Of a stretch of DNA of 64,000 bases, positions 62,928 to 64,000 are shown in pieces (position 1 is the first letter of the stretch; every line of letters begins with the position of its first letter). The stretch is from Centroscyllium fabricii (taxonomy: Eukaryota): assembly GCA_051313645.2 (NCBI GenBank), contig JBNRSN020000021.1:35402001-35466000 (forward strand), given 5' to 3'. A program made the translations under genes and the position numbers. The notes under the pieces are model-generated. The model worked only from the letters and a program-made list of their open reading frames with translations. It had not been told where the DNA came from and ran no database searches.

Positions 62928-64000
62928 CTAAGTGTGCTTAAGTTTTCTTTTGCGAGTGCTCCTATGTGGTGCTATCCCTGTGGTGTCAGCAGATGTGGAG
63001 GCCCCCTGCTGAGTGCCCTGCTGCTCCTGTTTGGACATCTTTGGCGGTCATCCTCTGGGGCGGCGAGACTGTGGGGGTTCGCTACCAGTCTGCTGCTCCT
63101 GCGGCTGGGCAGGGTATGAGACTTCCATCTCAGGTGCATGGGGACTCCGGCAGGCCTCTGACCGAGGACTCTGCAGTAGTGTGGATGTGGGAGCGCTTGG
63201 AGAGGAGCCCCCACTTCCTTCAGCTGCACCACCAACCTCCCTCTCATGGGTCACCTCCCCCTCAGCGCCAGCAGGTGGCTGTACAGCACCTTGCTGAACT
63301 TCAGGGGGGCCATGGGGACGCGTTTCTGCAGTGGAAGTCCTACTGAGAGGGACTTCCATGAAGGTCTGGTTCCTGTGCTCAACAGATACCACTCGCTGCT
63401 CAAGAGATGTGTATCTATTGTGGACAGTGCCCATGTCTTCGAAAGACTGGCGACTTATGTGTTCGATGGCCGTGGCCATCCTCTCGTCCATGGTCGCTAT
63501 CCTTTCCATGGTGGTCGCCATCCTTACCATGGTGGTCGCCATCCTTTCCATGGTGGTTGTCATCCTTTCCATGGTGATGCGATCATGCGCCACTGACTCC
63601 GCAAGGTCGCTTCTCATGCTTGCGACAGACTCCACCATTCGCATGACACTCGCAGCTACCTGGGAGACAAAACCTGTCAGAGACGCCTGCATCTGTATCT
63701 GGAGTCCCATCATGTGTCCTCTGCCTGATGGATCCAAAGGCGCTGGGTCGACATGCAGCTCAGCTAAGCTGGCAGAGTCCTGCGCCCTCCGACTAGGACT
63801 CTGCACTGCTGTCCCTGTCTCCACAATCTCCTGAGGTTCACTATTGCTGTCTGAATCACCTGGTGACAAGTCATATGTAGCTCTAGGGGGGCCCACCAGG
63901 TTCTAGTATCTGCGCTGGTGCCGGGTGGAATCTGTGGTGCTGACGGTGCACCCTCAGAGGTGGCAGGTTCCTCTGAGGAATGAACAGGGGCGGCCTGGTG
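62928..64000 (-). pseudogene. Last exon of the Harbinger Myb/SANT gene, copy 2
   Basis: Homologous to 22243-23270; expanded 21-bp MERMATT repeat 63490-63580; premature stop at 63048. Confidence 0.82.

Larger units (their letters stand above)
60876..64000. mobile_element. PIF/Harbinger transposon, copy 2 (runs off the window)
   Basis: Colinear with copy 1; lacks the Gypsy insertion; ~1-kb deletion at ~62475. Confidence 0.92.

Overview
Vertebrate DNA made almost entirely of transposable elements. The V-SINE/HE1-type SINEs sharing tails with CR1/HER1-type LINEs, plus a DeuSINE, point to a shark or ray (inference). Contents: two PIF/Harbinger transposons (DDE transposase plus antisense spliced Myb/SANT gene), many MITEs, three lineages of Ty3/Gypsy LTR retrotransposons, CR1, Rex1/Babar and Penelope retroelements (with hammerhead ribozyme cores), and a few candidate + strand exons of an unidentified host gene. 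Main finding: one non-chromoviral Gypsy lineage has no tRNA primer-binding site. The 13-14 nt after its 5' LTR instead pair with the AATAAAA region of its own LTR and co-vary between subfamilies. At 51566-51920 an LTR is followed by a 52-nt inverted copy of its own R region ending exactly at the predicted transcription start. This looks like a captured plus-strand strong-stop cDNA that copied a ~52-nt self-primer. All calls are by-eye pattern recognition; no database searches were run, and ends of degenerate repeats are approximate.
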